Below are positions 1 through 12,994 of a stretch of DNA of 40,325 nucleotides, piece by piece. The position numbers and the translations under genes are program-made. The notes below the pieces were generated by a model, which worked only from the letters and a program-made list of their open reading frames with translations, was not told the DNA's origin and did no database searches. This stretch comes from Octopus sinensis (taxonomy: Eukaryota): assembly GCF_006345805.1 (NCBI RefSeq), contig NW_021835792.1:1-40325 (forward strand), given 5' to 3'. Positions within the stretch are counted from its first letter, which is position 1; each line of letters begins with the position of its first letter.

Positions 1-562
1 CGTAGAGACAAAAACATGGCTATCTCTGATAGAAAACTTAAATTGTGGGAAAAGGAAGTGGTGCTGACAGCGGTGGTGTCGGGGCGGCGTGGCGATGGTG
101 CGGCGGTGATGATGGTAGTGGTGGCGGTGGTGGACAACGTCGTCGTCGTAGCTGGCGGTGGCGGCGGCGGCAGTGCTGAGGTGGTAGCAGTGGCGACGGT
201 GTTGCTGGTGAGAGTGGTGGTGGTGGTGGTGATATTATTTATGGTATAGGTTGTAGTATCAGCGATGGTAACTGCGATAGTGTTGTTAAGTGGTGGTAAT
301 ATCGATGGTGGCGACAGCGATGGCGGTCGTGTGGCGGTGCGGTGGTGGTTGTTATAAGGATGCTGATTATGAGGAAGGCGGTGGTATTGGTGGGAGTAGT
401 AGCTTTATTGCTGTTGGTATTGTCGTTGTTACTCTCCCTTTACTTGTTGCAGTCATTTGACTGTGGCTATGCTGGAGCACCGCCTTTACTCGATTAAATC
501 GACCCCAGGACAAACACAGACACACAAACGTATACACACACATATATATATACATGCATATA

Positions 563-728
563 TACGATGGGATTCTTTCAGTTTCCCTCAACCAAATCCA
601 CTCACAAGGATTTGGTGGGCCCGAGGCTCCCGTAGAAAACACTTGCCCAAGGTGCCAATCAGTGGGAATGAACCCGGAACGATGTGGTTGCTAAGCAAGC
701 TACTTACCACACAGTCACTCCTGGGCCT
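563..728 (-). mobile_element. tRNA-derived SINE, family A
   Basis: The minus strand has A box gactgtgtggtaag, B box ccgggttcattccc and body ttgggcaagtgttttctac..gtgagtggatttgg. Related copies are at 9864 and 36850. Confidence 0.8.
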
Positions 729-739
729 ATTTATTTATT

Positions 740-1225
740 TTATTATTATTATTATTGGTTGGCATCCTTTTTTTATCTTGGGAGACAATGGAGTTGCGCA
801 TAAAATAATCTAGTCAGGCTTTTACATTTCATGTCCTAATACATTTCCTGCTGTGGCTGTGTAGTCCAATCCTGGACAAACACTCCCTCTGGCAGGTGCC
901 GCAAATGTAGTGAAGACTGTTCCTGGCTGGTTGTAATGTCATAGTTTCTTGTTGACGTCTTTTCCTGTCTTTCCACTTCTCCTCTCTCTCTCTCTGTCAC
1001 TCCTTTGTGTTCCCTCTTTTACGGTACGTCGCCAATCGCCACGGTTGCTGGCAACTGCTTCGCAGTTGCTAATATTGATGTTGCAGTCCTTCATGTCCCT
1101 TTTGAAAACATCCTTGTAACGTAAGAACGGTCTTCCAACAGACTTAGTGCCCCTAGCAAGCTCTCTGTGGAGTACATCCTTGAGGATTCCGCCACCTTCC
1201 ATACGGCTAACATATCCAAGCCATG
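740..1225 (-). mobile_element. RTE-clade LINE 3' fragment
   Basis: WLGYVSRM..KDVLHRELARG..VGRPFLRYKDVFKRDMK..W, then a frameshifted terminal Zn finger CGTCQRECLSRIGLHSHSRKC. An RTE-type 3' UTR (ccattgtctcccaagata..gatgccaacc) and an (AAT)n tail follow. Confidence 0.85.
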
Positions 1226-1269
<44 letters not shown>

Positions 1270-1484
1270 GTTATTATTATTATTGTTGTTGTTGTTGTTG
1301 TGTTTGTTTGTTATTGTTTTGTTTTTGTGTTGTTGTTGTTATTATTATTATGATTATGTATTATTATTATTGTTGTTGTTGTTGTTGTTGTTTTATTATT
1401 GTGTTTTGTTGTTGTGGTTTGTTATTTTATTATATTATTATTATTATATTATTATTATTTTTATTATTATTATCATCATCATCA

Positions 1485-1790
1485 TTGCCTTTGTACAGCT
1501 TCTAACGCTGGAGGCGTGCTACAGTGTCAGCTTTTCACTACCAGTGAACTAAGGTAACACCTCTCATTTTTCGAGCACCTTCCGGAGTATTCGAGCGGTG
1601 CCAAGCAGTGCAGTTTTCTGCAAGTGGTCCACCCATATTACAGCCCCTATTTGTTCCACGTACTTCTCGAGATTTTTGCTCAGTTTCCAGGGCTCCGAAA
1701 TTATTGGTACTACTGCTACCTTTTTCATCGACCACAACTGCTTAACTTCCCAAGCTAACCTGTCATATCTTTTCTTTCTCAATTAAGACT
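1485..1790 (-). mobile_element. 3' fragment of a second R4/Dong-type LINE
   Basis: KKRYDRLAWEVKQLW..VAVVPII..LQKTALLGTARILRKVLEK stop, then a short 3' UTR and an (AAT/GAT)n tail. Confidence 0.85.
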
Positions 1791-1821
1791 ATGTCTGACT
1801 TCCTATTCTATTATTATTATT

Positions 1822-4800
1822 ATCATTCTATGTTTGACTTTTGCTTTACATTTGCACATGTTGGCTCCAAGTCTCACCCAGAGACCTCAAGAGACAACAA
1901 GTTGGAAGGCCATGTTGGTGTTATGCCTAGGCTGCCATATATTTGGTTTTGTACTTAGTGTTGTACTAGTGAATGCCTAAAGAACCGCACGAAAATTATG
2001 TTTGTTTTAAAACTTGAGATTACATAGAAAGTATTTTGCGTAGGATATGAGCAGTTCCCATGAGCACTATCTTTTGAATTTCTACCATTTTTGGGTTTCC
2101 TGGTATCTGAGTTAGGTAGCAATCAGCCCCTTTTGCTATCATTCCCAGGACACCTATGACAACAGGTATTGTTTTATTCTTCAGGCTCCACATTTTGCCA
2201 ATTTCTATTTCCAGATCTTTATATTTGCTCAGTTTTTGGTAGGTCTTGACAGATACGTTTATATCGATTGGGACAGTCATATCAATGAGGAGGCATGTTT
2301 TTGTCTGGAGTCTTTTACTATGATGTCTGGCCTATTCGCGTCTATCTTTCTGTCAGTTTGAATGGTAAAGTTCCAGAGGAGTGAGATGTGGTCATTTTCA
2401 AGTACTGGAGGTGGTTTGTGTTCCTACCAGTTTTTATCATGGGGCAAATCCAGGCTTTTGCAAATTACCCAGTGAATATATATTGTGCAGCTCTATCATG
2501 CCTGTTGAATACTCTGTAGGCGCAAAGACTGCACTTGAGACAACATGATCAATGTTTCATTTGTTGTTGACATACACGACATGTTGGGCTACTGCCTCTC
2601 TTTGATATGTTGGCCTGGTAGTTCCTTGTAGGTAGGCATTGATCTTGAGCTGCTATGATAAACCCTCTGTTTCCGATTTTAAGCAAGAGGCCATTAGCCA
2701 TGATGGGTCGGGCTTTGTCAACATCTGCATTATTCACTCTCTTTGGGTATTTTTGCCATTGAGAAGTTTTTCTTGCCATTTATAATTCAGATATCTAAGG
2801 CAGCAGTTTTAGCACGGGTTTCTTGCGCTTAGCTTTTTCTGTGTCTTGTTTCTTGTGTTCTAATTCCGGATTTGTTGTATTCGGAATTCACTTAGATATT
2901 CTTTTGCCTGTTTTGTTACTGAGTATGATGCTTTCTTGTTTTCATGTTTTGAGACAAGTTTTAACATCCAGTACTCAGAGTTTTTCAGGTATGTTCTAAG
3001 CCAATTGTAGCAAACTTCATTGTTATTATCAGTTGTAAAAGCCCACGGCCTCCCTCTTTTCTTGGCAGATAAAGTCGTTCTATATCTGCCTTAGGGTGGT
3101 GCATTCTATGCATTGTCAACAGTTTTCGTATTTTTCTGTCAAGATTACATATTTCAGTAATTGACCAGTTAACAATATTGAAACTGTAAGTCACGACTGA
3201 TATGGCGAAAGCATTGATAGCTTCGATCCTGTTTCTTGCATTCAGCTCTGCCTTGAGTATTGCTCTTACTCTGCGATAACATTCTCTCCTGATCCTTTCC
3301 TTCATCACTGAATGCCTTATTCCATCCCCTTCAATTACCCCTAGGTACTTGTAGCTCTCCGCTGCATACATATACATATATAGTATCTATATATGTATGT
3401 ATGCATATACGTATGTATGTATGTGTATATATATATATATATATATATGTATACATATGCATATATATAGATATACACATACAGATATACATTTATGACA
3501 TTCTGCTGGTCGAAGTAAACTTTAGCTTTTTCTGTCATTTTTCCTTTGATAAAAGTAGCTTCTGCACATTTATCGAGGCCAAATTGCATTCTGATATCAT
3601 CGCTGAATTGTTTGACAATCGTTAGTAAGCCCTTGAGTTGTTGGTCATTTTTTGCAAAAAGCTTTAAATCATCCATGTAAATGAGATGATTTATATTTTT
3701 ATCCACCATTTTATATCCGTACTGTGCGTCATTGAGCAATTTTGAGAGAGGTATTAAGGCTAAACAAAAGAGGAGTGGTGATAGTGAGTCGCTCTGGAAA
3801 TGCCACATGAAATTTTTACATCACCAGCATTTAGAGATTCATCGTCACTGTTCAAAGTTAGTGTGGTTCTCCATGATCTCATACTTACAGACAAATGGTT
3901 TCGCAGAGCAGGCGCTAATTTGTACATTTCCAGGCATTTCTTTATCCAGCTGTGTTAGGCTATCAAAAGCCTTTTTATAGTCTATCCAGGCTATTGACAA
4001 GTTTTTGAGTCGTTTGTGACAATCTTCTAAGATCATCATATTTATGAGTAGCTGTTCTTTACAACCATAGGTTCCATGTTTACATCCTTTCTGTTCATTA
4101 GGGAATATGTTGCTGTCTATTAAAAAACTATAGGTATATTCCGTCAGGACAGATGTTAGCATTTTATACATAGTTGTTAAGCAGGTTATGGTTCTATAGT
4201 TTTTTGGTTCATTTGTTTCTTCACTTTTTGGGAGCAAGAATGTTAAACCATTAACTAGCCAAGCAGGCATCCTACTAGGGTGTTGCAAAGCATCATAGTA
4301 AAGTTCTGTTAGCAGTTCATGGCTCTCTGGGAAGGCATTCAACCAGAAGTTAGGAATTTTATCCTTTCCTGGAGACTTCCATTTGCTTGACCTCCTGAAA
4401 GCAGATCTTACACCCTCCCACTTTTGCTCCTCTAAGGAGTACAAGTCCGTAGCTACTCTATCAATCCAAGGGGCCACTTCGTTGTGTGTTTTTTCCAAAA
4501 ATCGTGCACTTCGTCTTTTGATGGTTCAGACTTTACAGTAACTGGTGTTTTCCCTATGTTCTTGTAAAAATTTTGGGGGTTATTTTTGAACATGTTGTCC
4601 TTGAAGAATCTAACACGATTTTCATACCTCGCTATGCGGGCAGCTTTAGCAAATATCTTTCATTTGATGTTTCCTATGGTGGCATCAATATCAAGTATAG
4701 TTTTCATATATTTTTTCTTTAATTTTGGGGTTTTTGTAGGTTTGGTAGTCTTGTCGACATTAAGGTTTTTCAAGCATTCAATGTCAGACCTAAGTAGCTT

Positions 4801-5600
4801 TATTTGATGTTGGATACGCTCTTGCTAAGAAGGCTTTTTGTGGGAATGTTGCCGTTTTCTAATCTTTTCACCACATAGGATCGTTGAGATTTTCGCGGAT
4901 GCATAGTATAGGTGGTTGAGATTTGTGATATCAACATCATTAGCTGAAATTATATCCTTAAGTGCAAGCCGGATTTTACCAATTATTTTCATGTTTTGGT
5001 TAGAGTTGCGGATTCTCGGGAGTGTATCGCGTTCATCCATACTGGTTTCTTTAATTTTCAGCCATTCAATCATAATTTGATTCTTTAGTTCACGTGGTTC
5101 AGTTGGGTCAATATTTGCGTGACTTTCTTCTATTTGATGTTCATTTGTCTTAGTGTTTGTGATTGGTTCAGTGAGTATTACACTTCGCCTATCAGTTATA
5201 CTATTTCTTTCAATCCTTACTGCGTTTTTATCAGCCCGGGCTGGTCTATAATTATTTCCTCAGTATTATCTTCTTTAACTACGGCTTCGTTGTTTTTATC
5301 CGTTACTGCTTGTTTGATTTGATCAATCTCTACTTCAGTCACTAATTTCTTTTTATAATGTTTCTTCTAACATTGGCAAGTTTGTTACTGTCTATGTAGG
5401 GTCTTACTTCAAGGTGTTTCTGTCTCCAGTTTATGTAGGTTTGTACAGTATTAGATTTATCTGTGGGGAAATATATGGCATGGTAGAAGGCCGTAAGAAC
5501 TTCCTTATTATCTTCCCTAGACCGTTTTTCATTCCTTTTCTTTTGGTTATTTGATGACGGGCATGGATGGCCATCTGTTGGAATATTCCGGTTGAGGAAT
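1822..5600 (-). mobile_element. Near full-length, decayed R4/Dong-type non-LTR retrotransposon (RT, CCHC knuckle, restriction-like endonuclease)
   Basis: ORF pieces include KSPGKDKIPNFW, NYRTITCL, EQKGCK..YGCKEQLLIN, AWIDYKKAFDS, FQSDSLSPLLFCL, HLIYMDDLKLFA, YKYLG, LYLPRKEGGRGL, AAQDQCLPTRNY..CRVC and KYKDLEIEI..W..VVIGVLG..QKIVLMGTAHILRKIL. It has multiple frameshifts and (AAT)n at both ends. Confidence 0.9.
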
Positions 5601-5685
5601 TATTATTATTTTTATTATTATTATTATTACTATTATTATTATTATTGTTGTTGTTGTTGTTATTATTATCTTAATTTTTATTATT

Positions 5686-6205
5686 GATCAGGCTATCAGC
5701 TGAATCCATTGTGAAGATTGCCCCGCCCCCATTTTTGGCCGCGAGGGGCAGGCAATCTTTATTTGTTTAGTGGCTGTAGCGAAAAAGGTAGTATTGTGGA
5801 CCCGTTTGAAAGGGCTAAAGCACATACCTTCCTCTTTGGCCAAGCCCTCATGAACATTTTCTAGTTTCACTTGAAAAGTAAGTTGAAGGGGAAGAGGGAA
5901 ATGTTGCCTCGTAACAAGTTTGTTGAAAGGTGGAGGAATGTAGGAAGAATGGCAAGTGTGAAAGGACCAATTCTGAGTGTACACCTGTAAAAAGGGAATC
6001 AAAGAAGGGCATCCGTGGATTTTGTCGGTTTTTCCACGAGGACCTTAAAGTGCATCCCCTATTGGGAGTTTTAATTTGTTCAAATTTTAATTGTTATTTA
6101 TATTGTTTACACACGGAAAACCCATTGCATCGTCCCGTTTTTGTCTTTTATGTTGTCAATTAATGTTACTGTATGTGAGACCTTGTGGTTAATAAAAGAA
6201 TAAAT
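5686..6205 (+). mobile_element. Tx1/L1-clade LINE 3' fragment (decayed)
   Basis: Frameshifted translation LSAESIVKIA..QAIFICLVAVAKKVVLWTRLKGL..HLKSKLKGKREML..KFVERWRNVGRMA is homologous to the C-terminus of the ORF at 33436-34095. The 3' UTR ends AATAAA followed by (ATT)n. Confidence 0.8.
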
Positions 6206-6244
6206 TATTATTACTATTATTATTAATATTATCATTATCATTAC

Positions 6245-6277
<33 letters not shown>

Positions 6278-6294
6278 CATGATTACTATTATTA

Positions 6295-6331
<37 letters not shown>

Positions 6332-6409
6332 TATTATTTATATTTATTATCATTACTATTATTATTATTATTATTATTATATATTATTATTATTATTATT
6401 ATTATTATT

Positions 6410-6795
6410 GAGTGAGAGAGCAGTGCATGCCTTCAAAGTGAAACTGGGGTAAAATATACGAAGCCCAGTATACCCATCATGACTACCCGTCTGATAAGGG
6501 TACACCAGGCACATGCATCACAACCATATGTGATTGACATGGTGATCTCATATCAAGATAAACAGCACATGGCCTTGCAGTTGGGGGCCCAGTTTGAATA
6601 TTCTTCTGGTCGGGTAGCCCATCCCGCTCAAAAGGTCCCTAAATAAGGGCTGTTTAAGGATGTTGAACGAAACACCCATGTTTCTAGAGGTGAATTATTC
6701 GAACCCCAAATAATCCCTCTCAACACATGGCTATGATGCTCCCCCACTACTTCTGCTCGTGATCAGAAATACACATATCGTCAGCCAATGAGGGA
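6410..6795 (-). mobile_element. Non-coding interspersed repeat with (AAT)n tail (SINE-like; family not named)
   Basis: Complex block of about 385 bp ending on the minus strand in ...ctctcactcaataataat. I recall it as a high-copy octopus repeat but did not verify this. Confidence 0.5.
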
Positions 6796-7139
6796 CATGG
6801 TCAACTGTGGCGGCAGCGGCGGTGGCAGCGGCGGCGGCGATGGTGGTGGCGGCGGTGATGATGGTGGCAGTAGTGTTGGTGGTGGTGTTGATTGTGGTGG
6901 TTGTGGTGGTGGAGGTATTAATCTCGATTCCAAAACTCTTAATGGTTTCTCTGATAACGAATATTTTAATTCTGGGTGGCAGATTAAATTTGGGGTAGGA
7001 AGATGAGTGTATCGTAATGTTAATGGTGGAGCGGGTGCCGTTGAGAGTATAGGGGTGGAAGTGGAAGAACGAGCGTGATTGGTGATGACGATGGGTGTGG
7101 CGGCGAGGATGATAGCGGTGGTATTGATGGTGAGATGAT

Positions 7140-7261
7140 TTTCAAATTATAGTAGCTGTTGTTGTTGTTGCTGCTGTTGTTGCTGCTGTTGTTGCTGTTG
7201 TTGTTGTTGTTGTTGTTATTATTATTATTATTATTATCATGATTACTATTATTAATGTTAA

Positions 7262-7316
<55 letters not shown>

Positions 7317-7348
7317 ATTATTATCATGATTACTATTAGTAATGTTAA

Positions 7349-7379
<31 letters not shown>

Positions 7380-7443
7380 TATTATTATTATTATTATTAT
7401 TTCATTATATAATTATTATCATGATTACTATTATTAATGTTAA

Positions 7444-7481
<38 letters not shown>

Positions 7482-7641
7482 TATTATTATTATATTATTA
7501 TTAATATTATTAGTATTATTATTCACGGTGGAGATGGTGGTAGTGGTTGAAGTGGTTGGGATTGTGGTCCTTAGCGGTGGTGAATTTCACGATAGGGCTG
7601 GAAAGAAAAGTGAAATGACGTCATTGTTTATTATCTGTTGC

Positions 7642-7678
<37 letters not shown>

Positions 7679-7794
7679 GTATGTATATATATATATATAT
7701 ATATAATATATATAGATATATATACTATTATATATATTATACTAATATATATATATATAATATATATATATAATATTATATATATATATATATG

Positions 7795-7831
<37 letters not shown>

Positions 7832-7974
7832 GTATGTATGTATGTATTTATGCATGTATGTGTGTTATATCTGTCTATATATATAATATGCATATATATG
7901 TATATATATATATTTGTATATATATATATGTAATATATATATGTATATTTATATGTATATATATATGTATATAC

Positions 7975-8030
<56 letters not shown>

Positions 8031-8428
8031 ATATATATATATATATATAATATATGGGTACATACACACACACACACATGCTGTGAAAGAAACCAGATGG
8101 AATGTACAAAGAGTGGGTGATGGGTGGAATAAGGAAGGGTAAGTGGGAGGGAGTGGTGCCTTCATGAATGAAGATAAATAAAGATAAATAAAAGACCCTG
8201 GTTCTGTGAGAAAGATAAGGACTTTCTTGTGTTTGGAGACGTGTACGTTAGAGTAACTGGTCAATTGATGCTCGGTGAAAGAAAACTGAAGATAAACCGC
8301 CATTTTTCCTCTCTCTTTATCACTTAAGTACATTATACACACACACACATATATATACATATATATATATATACATATACATACATAATATAATATATAA
8401 TATATAATATATATATATAAATAAATGC

Positions 8429-8459
<31 letters not shown>

Positions 8460-8680
8460 TTAAAATAAATGCATATATATATATGATATATATATCTATA
8501 TATATATTATATATATATATATATATAATACTATATATATATATAATTATATATAGATAAATGCATACATATATACGTATCCATTTATGTTGTAGCATAT
8601 ACGTATGTATGTATGGTGATATATGTATACATATACATATATATAAATACCATATACAGATACAACACACATATATATAT

Positions 8681-8717
<37 letters not shown>

Positions 8718-8880
8718 TGAGTGTATTTTTCTCTTGATAACAATTAACACGGAAAAATATATACATACATACATATATGCATACATATATATATAGACAC
8801 GTATATATATATATGTATCACATACAAACATATCTATATGTATATACATTTGTATGTATTTATATATACACACAGACTTA
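7140..8880. repeat. Compound microsatellite field: (GTT)n/(ATT)n, then long (TA)n arrays
   Basis: Directly visible. Similar (TA)n, (CA)n, (GA)n, (ATT)n, (CATA)n and (GATA)n arrays occur throughout the window, for example 1225-1485, 11985-12250, 18205-18690, 26240-26455, 35130-35600 and 37850-39290. Confidence 0.95.
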
Positions 8881-9232
8881 GTGAGGCGTAATGGCCCAGT
8901 GGTTACTGCAGCGGACTCGCTGTCGTTGGATCTCGGTTTCGATTCCCAGACCGGGAGTTGTGAGTGTTTATTGAGCGAAAAGGCCTTATAGCTCCACGAT
9001 TCTCCGGCAGGGGATAGTGGTGAACCCTACTGTACTCTTTCACCACAACTTTCTCTCAATTATTCTTCCTATTTCTGTTGTACCCGTATTTCAAAGAGCC
9101 ACCCTTGTCACACTCTGTGTTACGCTGCATCTCCCCGAGAACAACGTTAAAGGTACAGGTGTCTGTCGAGCGGGCTGTTCCGTTCGTTAGCTCAACTGGA
9201 TCACTCGTCGTCGTAACTGACGTAATGCCCCG
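8881..9232 (+). mobile_element. tRNA-derived SINE, family B
   Basis: A box ggcgtaatggcccagtggtt and B box ggtttcgattccc. It shares its head (gtgtttattgagcgaaaa..agctccacga..ctgtactctttc) with the copies at 13910 and 15495. Confidence 0.8.
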
Positions 9233-9267
9233 ATATACTCCCCCACATATATATATGTACACTTGTA

Positions 9268-9322
<55 letters not shown>

Positions 9323-9339
9323 ATATATATCGGAGTAAG

Positions 9340-9394
9340 GTGATGCAGTACGACAGTTTCAAGCGACTCCATTTAATTGACTCCTAAGTACATA
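9340..9394 (+). repeat. 55-bp dispersed repeat (second copy 10788-10842)
   Basis: gtgatgcagtacgacagtttcaagcgactccatttaattgactcctaagtacata vs gtgatgtagtacgtccgtttcaagtgcctccatttaattgactcctaaatacata. Confidence 0.75.
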
Positions 9395-9412
9395 CATACA
9401 CATATATAAATA

Positions 9413-9443
<31 letters not shown>

Positions 9444-9460
9444 TGTGTGTATGTGTGTGC

Positions 9461-9505
<45 letters not shown>

Positions 9506-9755
9506 TGTGTAGAAGATTGAAAATGTACACACGTGTTGATACGTATACGGAAAATAAGCGACAGACAGAAAAATGCAAAATTCCCTTAAAAAAGGAAACT
9601 GTCCCTTGCATTTGAAAACTATGGAAATATTCTAAAAAACATTTCACTTCGCTTTTCCACAATTTAATTCTTTTTCATGCTTTCCTCTAAGTTGAAAAAG
9701 CCGAAAAAGCTGTAACCGGTACTAAAATGTTCTTCATGATAAGAGTTTTATATAT

Positions 9756-9786
<31 letters not shown>

Positions 9787-9863
9787 CATATATAGATTAT
9801 ATATATATATTATGTATACATATATGTGTGTGTGTGTTTATGTATATATATATATATGCTCAA

Positions 9864-10003
9864 GCGTAGCTATGTGATAAGCAGTTTGTTTCCCAACCCC
9901 ATGATTGCGGGTTCAGTCCCACTCTGCGGCACTTTGGTCAAGTGTCGACTACTATTGCTTCGGACACGTCAAAGCCACTTGAGTGGACATGGTAGACGGA
10001 AAC
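9864..10003 (+). mobile_element. tRNA-derived SINE, family A
   Basis: gctatgtgataag..gcgggttcagtcccact..ttggtcaagtgtc..gagtggacatggtagacggaaac. Confidence 0.75.
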
Positions 10004-10078
10004 ACACATGCACACATATCCATATGTGTGTTTACGTGTGCGTATTTTCCATTTTATTGTTGTATATATATAAACACT

Positions 10079-10152
<74 letters not shown>

Positions 10153-10586
10153 AAATGAGGGTGCGAAATTGGATATTAATTTTAGCACCAGTGGTCTAGC
10201 AATTGAAAGCTGAGAGTCAGTAAATAGTATTTTATACATAAATATAAATTTAGCGCGCCTAAACGAAGACTTTTGAAAATAACCGTAAATATAATAGGTG
10301 GAACTACATGCATTTTCGACCTCGTGTTGATATCTGGCGTGAAGTTCTACAAATTATATCTTGCAAAGAGGATCACACTGACGATCTACAGATAAGTTGT
10401 GTAAGTAAAATTACGTAATTTATTGATAGTGAAACAATTGTTTGCGATTAATCTATATTTTTTCTTATTTTTCATTTGTCTTGCTCGCTTACGTTTCTGG
10501 TGAGCTAAATTTACTGCAGAACAATTTTTAGTGGTTTAGACCATAGCGGATCTCCTTCTAACGTATGGGTTTCCACATAGTGTTCC

Positions 10587-10696
<110 letters not shown>

Positions 10697-10923
10697 GAGA
10701 GAGGAGAGAGAGAGAGAGAGAGAAAGAGAGCTAGAAATAGTGAAGTAAGGTGAACAAAATCCAAATAGAGCAACAGGATAACAAGACGTGATGTAGTACG
10801 TCCGTTTCAAGTGCCTCCATTTAATTGACTCCTAAATACATATATTTTCCTATAACTACAAAACTTCATGTAATTTTAATAATTCATTTACATAATGTTG
10901 TTGCTATTATTTGCTCAGTACAA

Positions 10924-11315
10924 GGCTTCGAGTTGGCAGAAACTTTAGCACGCCGGGCGAAATGTTTAGCGGCCTTTCGTCTGCGTTTACGTTCTGGGTT
11001 CAAATTCCTGCGAGGTCAACTCCGCCTTTCATCCTTTCGGGGTCGATAAATTAAGTAGCAGTTGTGTACTGATGACGATCTAATCGATTGGCCCCCTCCA
11101 CAAATATTTCGGGCCTTGTACCTAGAGTAGAAAAGAAACGTTAGCAAGCTGCCCAAAATGATTATCGGTATTTCGTCCGCCTTTATGGTCTGGGTTCAAA
11201 TTCCGCCGAGATCGACTTCGCCTTTCATCATTATTTCGATGAATTAAGTACCAATTGAATATTGGGGTCGTTGTAATTAACTAGACCCTCCCCCAAAATT
11301 TCAGGCCTTATTTAC
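10924..11315 (+). mobile_element. Two adjacent family C SINE copies (10924-11135 and 11135-11315)
   Basis: ggcaga.acgttagcacgccgggcgaaatg..ttacgttctgggttcaaattcc..cctttcatcctttcggggtcgataaattaagta occurs twice. Confidence 0.8.
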
Positions 11316-12008
11316 TCAATGTTATGTCGAAACATCTTGAATGCCCACAAAAGATCGACTCATAGGGATCAAAACCACAAAGTCCTTGGATCAAAATCAT
11401 GATTCAGAGGTCAATTCTCTGCAAATATTGTTAATTTTTTGCGTAAATGTTTATCAAGACATTCACAGCTACTTAGAGGAGAACGAGCAACGCTTATGCT
11501 TCGCTGAGGCCTCTGAAATCAATAGAGACTCATTAAGGGGATACTCTCAAACAGGACAACTGAGCCGAATGCTTGTAACGAAATGAAAATTAATAAGTGC
11601 TCCTAAGGTCCCAGGTAGCTGTGTGAAGCCCTGAGACATCTTAGGTCTATCATCCATCCAACAACAGTAGCAATACTTTCAATGGGTTTCCTTGCAATTT
11701 CCTTCTAGCAAATTCCGAGCGCCCTCGGTCACTTCAGAACAACGGTAGAATACAGTAGTCTTTCAAGCCGCCGCAAAGTGAGATCGAACTTGGAATCATT
11801 AAGATATAAAGCGAACCTCTCCACCACACAGCCATGGGTGAGCCTACAAAACATTTTGATACCAATCCTTTACATGGATCCCTTCTATTCAACAGTTCCA
11901 CAATTGCATTTTACCGTTTTAAAGTATTGCTCATATTTCCTTTTTAATAGTCCCTCGTTGTTAGGTTCTCAGTTTTTTGCTGATCATATTCATCACCATC
12001 ACCGTCAC

Positions 12009-12056
<48 letters not shown>

Positions 12057-12076
12057 TATTATTATTATTATTATTA

Positions 12077-12128
<52 letters not shown>

Positions 12129-12135
12129 ATTATTA

Positions 12136-12169
<34 letters not shown>

Positions 12170-12426
12170 CATTATTATTATTATTATTATCATTATTATT
12201 ATTATTATTATTATTATATTATTATTATTATTATCATTTTTATTATCATTATTATTAGTTAGTGTAAAATACCGTTATTAGCTGTGTCGTCTGCCCTGGA
12301 GGCTTGATCTTAGGATACGTCCACGAGATATTCCTTAGAAATTAATTAAGATTTCCTTAATTGCATTTGGTCTTGTACGTTAATAGCAGATTTTGTTTTA
12401 TTTTTTTAGCTTTACTCATTTTTATT

Positions 12427-12477
<51 letters not shown>

Positions 12478-12828
12478 GCACTTATTTTATTTATTCATTG
12501 TGCGCATATTTTTCAAGAAATTGCGAAGATTCACGCGAATAATCAATCTATTCGACAAATAAAAAAAATTATACAAAATTTTTTAAATAACTTTTTTTTA
12601 ATTTTTTAAAGATTTTTTAACCATGCTTCGGGGAAGAAAGTTTTTAATAGTCCAGACTAATTAGCCTTAGATTCAGTGTTTATATGGTCTCTTATTATGT
12701 TTTAATCGGTGCCACCTTGAACCGTCTTCAGCAGCCGCTTTTGTTGCTCAATTTATAACAAAGCTTCGTATACAATCGTCAATTAAGGGATGCACAACCA
12801 AATACATTTACATATATGTATCAGTACA

Positions 12829-12864
<36 letters not shown>

Positions 12865-12994
12865 CAAATACATGCATTTATCTATGTATGCTTTTTTGTA
12901 TGTATGTGTGTAGTATGTATGTATATATGTAGTGTGTATGTACGCATGTATGTAATATGTATGTATTTATGTATGTATGTACGTAGTATGTATG

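Noticed and set aside
5714-5759. GC-rich hairpin aagattgcc...ggcaatctt
   Set aside because: It lies inside the decayed Tx1-like coding region and is probably coincidental.
7528-8873. Many IYIY-, CVCV-, poly-I/L/Y/V-type ORFs here and across the window
   Set aside because: They are translations of (TA)n, (CA)n, (ATT)n and (GGT)n microsatellites, with no domain content.
9700-9725. GAAAAAGCTGTA resembling the hammerhead 3' half GAAACAGCTGTA
   Set aside because: There is no CUGANGA core or stem I partner upstream.
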